Shown here: piece after piece, positions 49,333-61,253 of the stretch
How positions within the stretch are numbered: position 1 is the stretch's first letter
How the letters are laid out: each line of letters starts with the position of its first letter
Source: Microthyrium microscopicum
Taxonomy: Eukaryota
Direction of reading: 5' to 3'
Length of the DNA: 64,000 nucleotides
Assembly: GCA_010405405.1 (NCBI GenBank)
Contig: MU004244.1
Coordinates: 65,895-129,894 of the forward strand
The notes under the pieces: model-generated
The model's database searches: none
What the model was told of the DNA's origin: nothing
The model's input: only the letters and a program-made list of their open reading frames with translations
Program-made: the position numbers and the translations under genes

Positions 49333-49748
49333 CTATGTCCGACCTAACCGATCGCCCTTCGGACTCCGCCAAACCTGCGTCGCCTCGTATTTACTCTTCT
49401 CCAAGGTCCTTTGCCCTTCCGTCGCGGGCTCATGTCTTGTAGGTGCAGGATCGCCTGCCGCTTCTCTCGAGGGCCCCCCTCCACCAGAAGGATCGACGTC
49501 GATGTGTTTGTCTGCGGCGTATTGTCGAAATTGCGCCTCGCTCTCACGCAGTTTAGCCTGTCCTTTGCGCCATTCAATATCATCGAGAGCTTTTTGAGCG
49601 CGGTCGGCGTTAATGCTGCGCTTGGCGAGCCAGTAGGCGAAACCGCCGGCTCCGATTAGGGTGGCCCAGCCGTAGTAGACTGATCTGATCTGTGGTTATT
49701 AGCATTACGCAGGGAAGATGGTGTCGCGGTAGGTCTAACTGTGTTCAT
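49333..49748 (-). CDS. Small conserved fungal membrane protein, DUF4748-like (not in ORF track)
   Basis: ATGAACACA|GTTAGA..CTAAT..CAG|ATCAGA gives MNTIRSVYYGWATLIGAGGFAYWLAKRSINADR..DPAPTRHEP..EKSKYE..RSPKGDRLGRT*. Confidence 0.8.
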
Positions 49749-50255
49749 TGAAGCGGGAAATGGGTAGACTGTCGGTGCTGGGTTCGGTAAGAGCGCGGAG
49801 CTGGAGCAAATGTGTTTATAGGGCTGTTTGAAGACATTGAATGGATGCTGGAAAGAATTTAAGTCTAAGTCCTGTCAAAACGATCGTATGATGTATTGAG
49901 TCGCTAGGCTAAACTAGGTTAGCACGGCACGTGGATATTTATCCGCTCAATACTCCGTGCTGGGTGTAGAAGCTGATTGGCTGTCACAACTTACATTCAG
50001 CCTGATAGCAGAGGTTCTGCGCGGCAATGTGTTACAAAGTCATCCATGGATGGTATTAGCACCGGATTAACAAATGGTGGTCATACGAAGCGAAGCTTAA
50101 GTTCAAAAGATTCATTTTTTGGGTGGTTTCCTGGGTTTTCTTTTCCTGCCAATAATTCACAACCGCACCCTCACACCCCTTCTATTGGCTCCTGTCCAAC
50201 CTGGCCATATTGGTCTCGCTCGCTTCCCGATATATCAGTCAGAATATCTCCACAG

Positions 50256-50982
50256 CTAGCGTAGATTACGACTAAGCTCCATCATTGTCTGCGCTGTGAC
50301 TTCACGAGCCTGCTTTTCGGCTTCAGCCTGTGCAGCGGCTTCTTCAATTGACATCGCATACGCGATGCCGGGATCAGCGATGAGCTAGACAAACTGTTAG
50401 CAAATCGGCACGCAGCGTTTACTCCCTCCGCGGACTGACCTTATTGAACTCTTCCATTATTTGTGCTGCTGTCATTGCGGGGAGGTCCAAAGCGCGGAGA
50501 TTCACGATGCCATTTTCACCGAAGATATATCTGTAAGCCTTGGGATCAAGAGGTATCTTCCGCATCTGTATGATATTGAGGGCCGCACCATAGCATTTGA
50601 TCAATACGTCCCCTGGTAGAACATTCCGACCTGACGATGTCATCGATTGATGCTGTTCGGTGCAATCCTTGTGATAAAGGACCACTGTGGTAGTCTCCTT
50701 CTTGAAGTGGCGATTATCATTGAGCAGTAAACATCTGCTCCCGAACTGTTCCACCTCGCCTTTGATCAAGACTGTGTAATGACGCTTAAGAAAGATGTCG
50801 GGAATCACCTTGCGTTTACCCTTTGAATCCGGTTGAAGCAGTCCTTTTTGACATATTGCCGGAATGGCTGCCCAGTCGACAACACCAGAGTTTGCGAGCT
50901 TGAAGTCCCCCAATGGAAAGGAAAACCTGAAACACATTCCGTGGTGCTTTTTTTCCTGCACATGATAGTCGGCGAGACACAT
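50256..50982 (-). CDS. Hypothetical protein (5' end uncertain)
   Basis: 187-aa ORF plus a spliceable last exon (GTCAGT..CTAAC..TAG) encoding LIADPGIAYAMSIEEAAAQAEAEKQAR..NLR*; no recognised motif. Confidence 0.45.
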
Positions 50983-51956
50983 AGCTGCTGTGAACTTGAA
51001 ACGATGCCAGATCGTTTACTTATGAGTGATTGAAGTTGAGACTATGCTTTGGGGTTGAGATACTAATTACGAAGGATGTATCAAGACCAGTCTTGAAAGT
51101 TTGTTGGATGATCTTGAGCGATTTATCGCGGCCGTCTGACCCTGATATACTTCAAAATCTGGCCCATGCTGGACACTCCGTTGGACCTGGAATCACTTTC
51201 TTTCGTCAACGTTTGACTTCGCGGGTTTGTGGATGCAGACGCTGAAGTAAACGAAGGGGATCATTTGTTTGAACAAGAGTACAATCAATAGCTGTGTCCC
51301 GTTTGAAAAGCTGGCAGCGAACGTTAGCTAGATATTTAGTCATATTGACGATCACCACAAGTTCAAGCGAAGAAAGATTACTGAAGAAGCAAAATGCGGA
51401 GCTCGACTTACATATCGATCTAAGCCTTGAAGGATAACGGTACTCTGTGACTAGAAAGCTAGGTAGTTTGACGGACATCCGTCGCATGAGTCTGGAATAC
51501 ATAAGTCTACTTGGTGATTCACACTTGATCCCCTACAATTCATGAGCCAATAGTCGCTGCTCTGACGTCCGATAAAAGATACAGCAGATCAAATCGTTGG
51601 CAAAACGCAACTCTAATTCTTATCTTTCGGCTTGTGTAGCTAAGCATATTTCTGTCACCCACGGCATTTTATGTCACGGTCTATCAATCAATTTACTTGA
51701 TAATTGCCATAAATTGAAGCTTTTTTAGGTATTCTTTATAGAATGTTTCGTTCACGCCCCTTTGTTTTCCAACTCTTTTCGCTTCCGCAACACATAGATA
51801 CAAAATTCAGAATCACGAAAACCAGTCTGCTCCATACCTCCTTCGAATTTTCAAACGTCTCACAAACATGTCATGGTCGAGCCTAGAGGCGTGGACTTCG
51901 TTACCCTCCAGCAACTTAAGCTGCTTTGCATAATCGATGTGGTCCTCCTTCTGATT

Positions 51957-52559
51957 ATAAATCTTTTGGTGGAGTAGGCCCATCAAACAAACTGTCCATA
52001 AAGCCATCTCTGCACTGGAAGTGATGTTAGAGACCAGTGATCTGTATTACAGGCTTAAGGAGAAACTTACAAACTCAAACAATCTAATTAGTTCCAAAGC
52101 AGGCTCGTCTGGAATATGCATCGCACGCAAGTCCGGATTCCAAAACCCGACTGGAAATAATCGCGGGACATCTCGAATCAACTTCAAAATACCGCCATAC
52201 GTGAGCGCTAACTCAGCTGCAGTGAACTGGTAACGTCCGATTGAAACACCTCTTTGGTTCCACCTGTTCAGCATTACTCCTTCGCCATGCTCAAGACAGC
52301 CTGGAGAAAGGATGAATAGGTCACATTGATCCCAATTGAGTTCCTTTTCATAGATGTATATGCCGTCACAGTTGAATTTGTTCTGGATATGTTCGCGGGG
52401 ATGGCGCTTCCAAGCCTGCGTGACGGAGCCTCTGAACGAGTCGTACATCGGTTGACATAATCCAACATGGTCGTCCTGGTGAATAAGTTTTGTACCAATT
52501 TTGACTATCAAGCATCCGCATTGAGAGAAGTACTTATATGCGTGGACACACATGATCAA
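51957..52559 (-). CDS. Hypothetical protein with MC..Y..CGC N-terminus
   Basis: 170-aa ORF, GTAAGT donor near 52068 and CTAAC..CAG acceptor near 52015; 3' end tentative. Confidence 0.4.
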
Positions 52560-54181
52560 TGGAATAGATTGAGACGATTATGTGACTCGTGTTGTAACCT
52601 CTCTGGGGTTTCGAGTTTGCGTTCGGATATGCAAACTAGGATTGAGTTTGGCTGATGACAATTGACTCTCAAGAGAAGATACCGATATGTATGAATGACT
52701 TCTGGGAGTTCAAAGACCAGCTTTGATTGAAGAGGAGAACAAAGATGCTTGATGTAGATGTTGAAATTGAGTGCAGGGCGAGAGTCTGAAGACCGGCTTT
52801 GAATTGTTGTGTTGTGATACTGACCGAAATCATGATCTCAATAGCTGGATTTATAACTACCTTATCGTGGCCCACGCTTCCAAGCTGCTGTTTGATGATA
52901 CATCTGTGATGCAGGGAACCTCAATGACCAACATGAACTCCATGTCAATGGACAAGTGCAATCGAAGGAAATCGAGTGGGTTTTTGTTTGCAGTTTTTGA
53001 GCTTTAGAAAGTGAACTAAACTTAGAGCATGTTAGAACGTTAGCTTTGCCCAACGGCACTGACAGCCATAGCTACCACTCTGATCAGGACCGTATCCCAC
53101 TCATACATTGTGCTAAGGAATGTTCACAGAAATAAGAAGCTATAGGAATAGTGACTGCCAATATTGATTGCTTGTTTGCATTCGGAGAAAGCAGCGAGAA
53201 CTTGGCAGACGTCTCTCGTCTCAAGGTCACAAATCGTGGTCCACGTTTTGCCTATAACCCAAATGGGAATGTGCTAGTATACGATCAAAATCAGCGCTAT
53301 CATGTTCAAAACACCATTTAGTCTTTTCGTGGTAATCACGTAAAACGTCATCACATTCAATGGTATCTATAGCGCTCGAATAGTCAAGGCCTTCTGCAGG
53401 AAGCATTGAGCGCGGTGAGAGATATAGTATAATTGATTTGCGAACAGATATCGGCAAAGAAAATAATGAAAGACCATTTCGTGTTTCCAGGGCGAATTAA
53501 CAGATTACCTATCGCATGTAATGGCTTCCATAGCAGTTGATCAGAAAGGCAACTAATGTTTGCCATCGAGTGCGATGGCCCATGGGGGATTCGAGGATGT
53601 GTTTTAGGTGAATGTCGTCCGAAAAAGTGGTTCATTTGACAAGAAGGAATCTTTAGGCGACGATGACTCAGCACGCTCCCATCAAGTATGATGGCTACCA
53701 TCTGCTATGCTTTACAGTCAGGTGCTTTGGTTCACATTGGAGCCGTAAAATGTCAACTCCTTATCAAATGCGTTGGGAGTAAAGCATTTTAACTTTCACG
53801 AGTGCCATAGGTGACAGTCTAGCTGATGGGAGCGTGCCAATTATTTTATCGACTTGTCGAATGTCATGAAGCATATAAAAACTATATAAAAGTACTGTAT
53901 CCAGAAAAGGGTACAGGTAGTTGACTACTCGACCAATGAGAAGAGAGAAATAAAACAATCCCTGTTTGCCACGTTGGTCTTGGGTTGTCTTGGTGTCCCT
54001 TAGACCTTCCGTCCCAAAGCTTAACCTCCCACCATCCCTCAACTCCAACGGACCAACATACATTTCCATAGAGTTAGATACAGCCTCAAACAGCACTTGG
54101 ACCTCTGAAAAAATATTGTCACTCCTTATCTCAGTCAAGGCCCACGAAACACCGAGCTTAGACAGCTCGTTTCCTTTCAAC

Positions 54182-54817
54182 ATGAGTGAAGAACGTAAGT
54201 AACCGCCACCCGCTCCTCCCACCCCAACGCCTCCAAACGCCCCAATAACGCCAACAGATCCCCATCCCCTCCTCCAACAGCTCCCACTGACCGTCTCTCC
54301 CTACCTATCACTCCCAACCGCAACAACCCTTCCATACACCTACAAGTCTGTGCCATCAACACTTCCTCAATCCGTCACAACAGTCGATGCGCCATCCAAC
54401 GACCCCTCACACCAACAGTCCGACCAACAACAATACCCCAAACCCGCCTACGTAGTCTCGCAAACTGGCCACGCGGCCCATCCAGACGCCATTATAGAAT
54501 CATGTCAAGCGCTCCGTGCTCACCTCGACAAACTGCAGGCAGAAGCTGAAGCAGCAATCCATAAATGGGACAGTGATATCGTCCAACGCGAATTAGCAGA
54601 GAAGAGACGCGTAGCACCCGGCTGGCTGGATGTTGGAGAGGAGAATAGGTTGTTGGTGCCGGAACGTAGTGGCTCTACTGTGCAGCAGCAGGCAGATCCA
54701 ACCCGGATAATACCGATAATGACTGCTCCGGCCAACGTACAAACGCACGCACAGCAAGGGGCGGGATCGGAAGGAGAAGCGCTGGATAGAGCATTTGGAG
54801 GCTTGAATGTACGATGA
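54182..54817 (+). CDS. Conserved-looking fungal protein of unknown function (2 exons)
   Basis: ATGAGTGAAGAAC|GTAAGT..CAACAG|ATCCC gives MSEEHPHPLLQQLPLTVSPYLSLPTATTLPYTYKSVPSTLP, continuing into RELAEKRRVAPGWLD..GEALDRAFGGL. Confidence 0.75.
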
Positions 54818-54959
54818 TCATACATTGGAAATTCGCATATTGGTGGCCTCATGGTTCTGGGAGTTTTACGCGCATCATCATCTTGATTGTACAATAGGGT
54901 GCTGCATTTTGGGCGGTTGAGACGCTAATACATTCAGCATAAATCTCATTGATTCAGAT

Positions 54960-55806
54960 CTAGCATTTGAACACTGGCGGCCCAGGAATCGTATACTTGA
55001 GTGGCTTAGGTCCATACAAGTTGAACTTGATACCAGGGTCCGCTTGTTTATACGCGCCTGGGAAGGGTACTGTCGACGGCTTCTTAGATCCCGTTCCTCC
55101 CAAGACATTAATTTGCGCGCATTCCATATAAATCTGCGCTCCCTTCAGATTCTGGGCACCATGAAGCGCAATCAACTCTCCTCGCAAGAGATAGCTTTTC
55201 AAGTCAAGTCAGCAATCATTCCCGACTTTGAGCATTTTCGAAATACTCACTTTCCGTTCTCGATACAAGTTGGCACCTTGAACGAGACTTCGCCCTCTTT
55301 CTGATACATCCTTTGCACACCCCATTTACCCGCCGCATCAAGTCCATCTTCATGTACCTTGAACCATTGCAGTCCACTAACATTCTCACTAGTCGCGTTT
55401 GCCACTTTCGCCATATATCCCAATGTAGGTCCTAAATGGCTTATATCGATGGGATCGCTCTTGTCGGATTTCACGCGCCCGTCGAGCGTATGGTGCCACA
55501 TCATGGATACTGTATCGCCTGCTTTGACGTTGATCACGGCTTTGCTGAAGGGTTTGAGAAGCGGGTTTGGGCCACCATTGCAGATTATATCTGGGGATGT
55601 GACATCGTAGATTGGTCTATAGAGTCTGGTGTTAGAGACTATGTTATCTGAATTTTGAATGATGCTGAAATGTGGAACACTGACCCGTCATATGTAGGAT
55701 ATCGTACGCCCACTTTATGTCCTTGGGAGACTCCATTGACCTTGACTTCCTGAAAAATCGTATGCGCAGAGACGGCTCCGGCCAGCCAGAGTTGTAGGAA
55801 AAACAT
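54960..55806 (-). CDS. AA9 lytic polysaccharide monooxygenase (GH61), 3 exons, no CBM
   Basis: Signal [14 protein letters not shown] followed by His1 (HTIFQ); [47 protein letters not shown]. Confidence 0.95.
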
Positions 55807-57062
55807 TGTTGCAAATATTACCTATAACGAGAGTGACAACTTATCTTCAAGAAGCTATGAAAAAGTGCGACCAGTCGGGAATATTAGCTCAATCTCTCCA
55901 GAGCAGCACCAGATAGATCTAGAATTCCCCAGATGTAATAACCAACAAGCCATCCTATCCCTGAAACCAACAACCAACTGACTTGAAATCCGGGATACTA
56001 GGCGTCACATACTCAAAATAATTGGAGGGTACATTTTCTCCGATTCGCTGATAGTAGCTTGCGGAGGAGTGTATTCTGGGCTTCCTAAATTAGGTTTACT
56101 GGCTTTTACGGGCCGACAGAGCATATATTGGAAACACTTCTCTTGAACAACTCTCAGTGATCGACCAAATGTGCTTCTTGTCAACTCAACACCCGGTTGT
56201 CGTTACGAAAAGCTGGAAGCTGTTCAAATGAACCATCCTGCAAATCAAGCCTCTTTAGGTTACTGAATTGACATCTTTGTTTTGTTTCAATGAATTTGGC
56301 TGTTTTCGATCAAGGTTGGGACAGTGTAGGGATTTCCATAGTAGTATGGTGGTAATTAAATGTATAAATTAATATCGAGAGATGATCACCGTAATTACCC
56401 TTGAGTAAATAGATTTCTAGATTAGGTTGAATGAATCTAGGATTATCATTCACAACATCTCCACACCACAAACGTTATTCTCCCAATTTACCATGCAATT
56501 ACATTGGTTCTTTACCAAGACCTCGTGGCTAAAAGGGTTGTATAAACGTGAGATCTAGGATAATTCCCTGATCGCATACCAGTCCACCAAATGCTTGTTG
56601 TGAACAGGCGGAGACAGATCAGTTCTTGACAGGGCAACTAGCCAATCCACTTTGTACATGTTCAGTAGTAATGAAGAAGGAAGGAGCACTTTGTTGAAGC
56701 TTGGACCGATCACTTTTTATTGCCTCTGATCGATTATTCGCTTCGCTTGGCCTGCTACTCTGCCAGTCGACTATAATAGCAACTTCTTGACAGCTAAACA
56801 CACCCGGTCTACATCTGCTCTCTTCGCCTATCATTTACGTTCCTGCATTTTAAATTGCCAATTGTATTCTTGACAGGTTCAAGCTACCTTTTGCCTTTTA
56901 CATCGATTTACCAACCACATTGAATCATGCTTGCTTGAACCAACTTCCATCACACAAGGCGTCCCTTGATTTTTGAGACAGTGGGCACAGGCTGGTTCAT
57001 CGAGGCGCCTGATTTTTCTGGGTATTTGTTTCTTCTGTCTCAGTCTATATGAGGTCTTGGAA

Positions 57063-58139
57063 ATGAAAGTGTCTTCGGGCCTACTGGCGCTCGTCGCCAC
57101 GGCATTTTGTGTGTATCTTCACATCTTCTTGTCCCTCTCTGTACTAACATTTGCCGTATAGGGGACACAGCGCTAGCCAAATGGACATCGCACCCAACAT
57201 CCTTCATAGACCACAAAACAAACATCCCCTTCACCGGCCACAAAGCCCAATACAAAGGACTAGACGACGAACCAAGACACACAGAAGGCGGAGTAGAAAT
57301 TGGAATCGTAATACCGCCCAACGAGAACGTACGAAATGAGTATTTGGGCCACATTACGACGTCGAGGAAGGGGTATACAGCTATTTCGCATGGTGGACAG
57401 ATGACCGAGTCGTTGTTACTGCTCTTTTGGACGGATGGGACGACTGTGAGACATTCGTTTCGATATGCGATGTATGTCACACTCCCGAAAGATTTGAGAA
57501 GTGTGTTACTGACATAATAATCTAGGGATAAAAATGGCCTATCATTCTACCAAGGGAGCGCGAAATTATACAGCTACGCCATGTCGCTGAACGACACGCA
57601 CTATCAGCTTACATATCGCTGTGTTCAGTACGTTTCCCCAACATGTAAATTATCTCGTGGCTGATAGAGTAAACAGTTGTCTAGAATGGCATTACCAAAA
57701 CGAAACCGGCAGAGCAGAGACCGATGTAGGCGCCTTCCTACTAGGCTGGGCACAAGCAACCAAAGGCCCACGTTATCCAAAATACAGTAATAGTCCGCTT
57801 GGCTTCCACGATGTAGGATATGGCATGTTTCCTGTTGATACAGAGTTGATTCGATTGCCGAATTATGATAAATATATCAGTCCGAAACAAATTAAGCGGT
57901 CAGAGGAGCAGACAGATACGACCGCTGAAGAGAAATCTCGTACGAGAAGCGAGGAGATATCATCACCGAATAGCAAAAAGCAGCTATCAACGCTCACCCC
58001 AAATCAATCACCACCAACCCAACAGGACCGAATTTTGAATCTGGTCAGCACCAATACTCCCCAGGACGCCATGCTCTCCCGAGACAACGGCCTAACTTCC
58101 ACGACATCTACAGTCAGCAAGGACATACCTCACAGATAG
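57063..58139 (+). CDS. Secreted stand-alone CDH-type cytochrome (DOMON/AA8-like) protein, about 4 exons
   Basis: Signal MKVSSGLLALVATAF; EYLGHI, GYTAISHGGQMTESLLLLFW (Met ligand), SFRYA, NDTHYQLTYRC..CLEW, LGWAQA, LGFHDVGYG (His ligand); Ser/Thr-rich tail; no flavin domain follows. Confidence 0.82.
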
Positions 58140-58382
58140 TCTAGACTACGTAGTCACCCAATAAGTTTATCAACAAGTAGACGCAGGACATTTAAGACAT
58201 CGGTAATTACAATGCATATAGCTAAGCTTTCTATCAACACTGCCTTTTCCTGAGCCCATCAGTGAACATATATCATAACAGCATGCACCATTTAACCCAT
58301 AATCGTAAAGCTAGCGTTTCCGTTTCGTAGAACATATTTCCAAATCCCATAACCAAACCTTCCCCAACAATTTCACCCCTTT

Positions 58383-59002
58383 TTAGCCAAGGAGAGGCCT
58401 ATTCTCCCCAACAATCTCAATATTCCCCTCCCCATGAACTTTCTCCCGCCACCATTCCCCCCAGCCCTTTTGCTTCCTCACCCAAACACGCTCAACTCGC
58501 GGTGGGCCTTGTTCGTCTTGTATGACGATCTCCCATCCGCCCCTCGCCTTCATCAACAACTTCACAAGCTTCACCAGCCCATATAGTACCACGAGTCCAA
58601 GAACCGACGACGCAAACGTTATCAGTGCCGCCAGAAGTGTCGTAGTGGAACAGTTACATCCAAATGTAGAGGTTCGTAGCTCGTAGCGCTCTTGCCACGG
58701 CATTGGACAGATATGTTTGTTTGATATCGGGGATAGGAGGTGGGCGTTGGAGGGGAGGGGGACGCAGGTTTGGGACTGGATTGTTAGCTTTGGACTTTGG
58801 AGATTGACACTGCAAGTATGATGATCTATGCTAGTAATCAGGAGAGACGTACAAAAGGACACCATCCACAATCCGCATCAGTCTTCAAGCACTTCCCACA
58901 GTCTTGGAGGGGCCAGCATTTCGCCAGTCGTTCATCGTCTATGTCATCGCGGTTCAGCTTGTATTGCTCGATACTCTGCGTGAGGTTTGTTGTCAGGGCC
59001 AT
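58383..59002 (-). CDS. PSI-domain-like Cys-rich single-pass membrane protein (2 exons)
   Basis: CWPLQDCGKCLKTDADCGWCPF|SQTCVP..ICPMPWQERYELRTSTFGCNCSTTT followed by a TM helix. Confidence 0.75.
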
Positions 59003-59502
59003 CGTGCAAGGCGAGTGTTCCAGTACGTCTGTATTCCGATTTGGGACTATGTTTGTATGGTTGGAGAGTGACTATGGAGCTCAGTCGTATAATCAATGGG
59101 CTTCGAGTTCAGTGACGATGTATGGAGGGTCAGGAGGCTAGGACGAAAAGGGGTTAGCGTAGCAGGGTGCAGGGACTGTTGGTGCAAGGCAAGATCAATC
59201 GATTTGATGGTGATGGTAATTGGTACTTGAGAAGTGGCTATCATTACATTCTCATGAGCCGGAAGCTAAAACCCCGACGATCGAGGACTGTAGAAAGAGA
59301 ATGTAGCAAACAATACGTCTTATTGAATAGATTCTTCATATCAAGATTCCCATATCAACACCATAGCTAGATTTACCAATTATGCCAACAGAAACAAGAT
59401 CGCTATTCCTCGCTATCCCACAGATACCAATATTTTCCCATATGTACAATGTGTGAAAGATGATTTTGGCAACAGATCCATCTCACAATTACCAATCCTG
59501 CG

Positions 59503-61253
59503 TCAGCGTTTCTCAGTCATTTGCAGCGCAGAAATTTGTCTACTCGGCGGACTGGCATTGGGCATGCCGCCACGAGGACTGGGTAGACCACTATATGTCT
59601 TTTGATCGTACGCCTCACCCAAGCTATTCTTCCTTCGACCCATTGATTCCAGCCACTTCTCAGCGCTCTCAACGGTGCCGCTGACAACAAGGCTGACTTG
59701 TGCGATCATATCGCAACCTTGTTCAGCAAAGACTAGGAATCGTTGGCCAGTGCGGAGTGCTTCTCCGCGACCTTGAGACGAACTTCCGGAAGCTTGCTGT
59801 TGAGAAGATTGGGTGCTTGCTTGTTCTGCATAGCGCCACCTTTGGGGCACAGAGAGTAATTGACGGCGAACGAGCGCGCCGGCATTTTCAGGGAGTGCGC
59901 CACCGGTGTAGCGGGAGACGGCGGAGGTGACGCGCTGGATGGTGGACATGATATCGTTGCCCAAATCTTTGATGCGTTCTGCGATTTGTTCAGATGCTGC
60001 TTCTTGCTCAGCGGTGAGTTGGCCATTTATTCTTGCGCGCGAATTTTGAGAGGAAGCGGGTGCACCGTAGACAGTTTGCTCGTAGTCTACTAATAACGAC
60101 CTCAAAGCGAGGATGACTTCAGCAAGATGGGCAGATGCTTGGCGAAGGAGGGAGAGGCAGTATTTGAGAGAACGAAGGGAGGTATCAGAGAGGGCGACGC
60201 CGAGTCCGGACGTTGTTATCATGAGTTTGGTTTTCCACGTTTGTTCCGAGTTTCTGTTCTGAAGAGCCAGCTCAGAGTGGCGTTGATATTCTGGTGCACT
60301 GTTCTCATCGTATGCTGGCAATGTTTCTGCGTAAGACCCCTGAGAGCCAGTACGTGAGCGCTGTCGTGAATGAGATTGTGAATCTCCTAGCCCTTTCTCC
60401 AGATCAAAGGGCTCTAGTGAGTGTTCGCGGGTGCGTTTTTGACCGACCCGCGCATTTTCTCGTGCTGTTCTTCGTTCGGGAGTATCTCCAAAATACTGAC
60501 GTACTCGGCCTTCGACACCAGTTCGTCTGCTTACTGTGCCTAGACCACTTGCGACTGTGTTTACGTTCTTTTCGATAAGAGATTGTATTATGGCGGGTGT
60601 GTAGTGCATGGTTGAGTTGTAGGCGTAGATGGATGTGTTGATTGTTCCTCCGATCCAGGGATGACTGGATGTTATGAGAGATAGAAGGGGTTCTGGGTCT
60701 TCTTCTCTGGTCATTTCGGAGGTTATTAGAGAATATTCGTCCCTTGAAAGTGGTTGAATTGTGTTGGTTGAGCTTTGAACTGATGGAGCTCTTTTGAAGT
60801 CTGATCAGGTCAGATAATGTACGCGATAAAAGTTTGTATGACGCTGGAAAACTTACCCATATTTCTAAGACCTGATAATGTCTCTGCTGCCTCTCTAGTC
60901 TCCGGGTCATCCAAGGACATGATACTCGGAGCTCTGAATTTCCTGTTATCACTCATAATGCCATCGACTTCCATTGGACTTGGAGGTGGAGGTAAAGAAG
61001 CCGGCGCAAAAGGCGTGGTGCTGTATGAAAAAGCCGACTGGGGCGGCGTAATAGTCCATGATTGAGCAGTTTTGAGTTGTGTGGAGGTAGTATTCGTAAT
61101 AGGTAGGCCCAGAGACTTGAGATCTGGTAAACTTATAGGGGGATTTTGAGTAGTTCTTGAAGGAAGTTCTTGTGTAGGAACGCTGGGCAGTACAAGAGAT
61201 TGGACGTCAGTTTCCATGTAGGAGGGTGGTTGCTCTTGTTGAATTGAAGCCAT
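59503..61253 (-). CDS. Opi1-family transcription factor (clock-controlled gene 8-like), intron 60801-60856
   Basis: SIMSLDDPETREAAETLSGL, SHPWIGGTIN, LPAYDE..PEY, WKTKLMITTSGLGVALS..SLRSLKYCL, VSRYTGGALPENAGALVRRQLLSVPQRW; in-frame splice checked. Confidence 0.88.
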
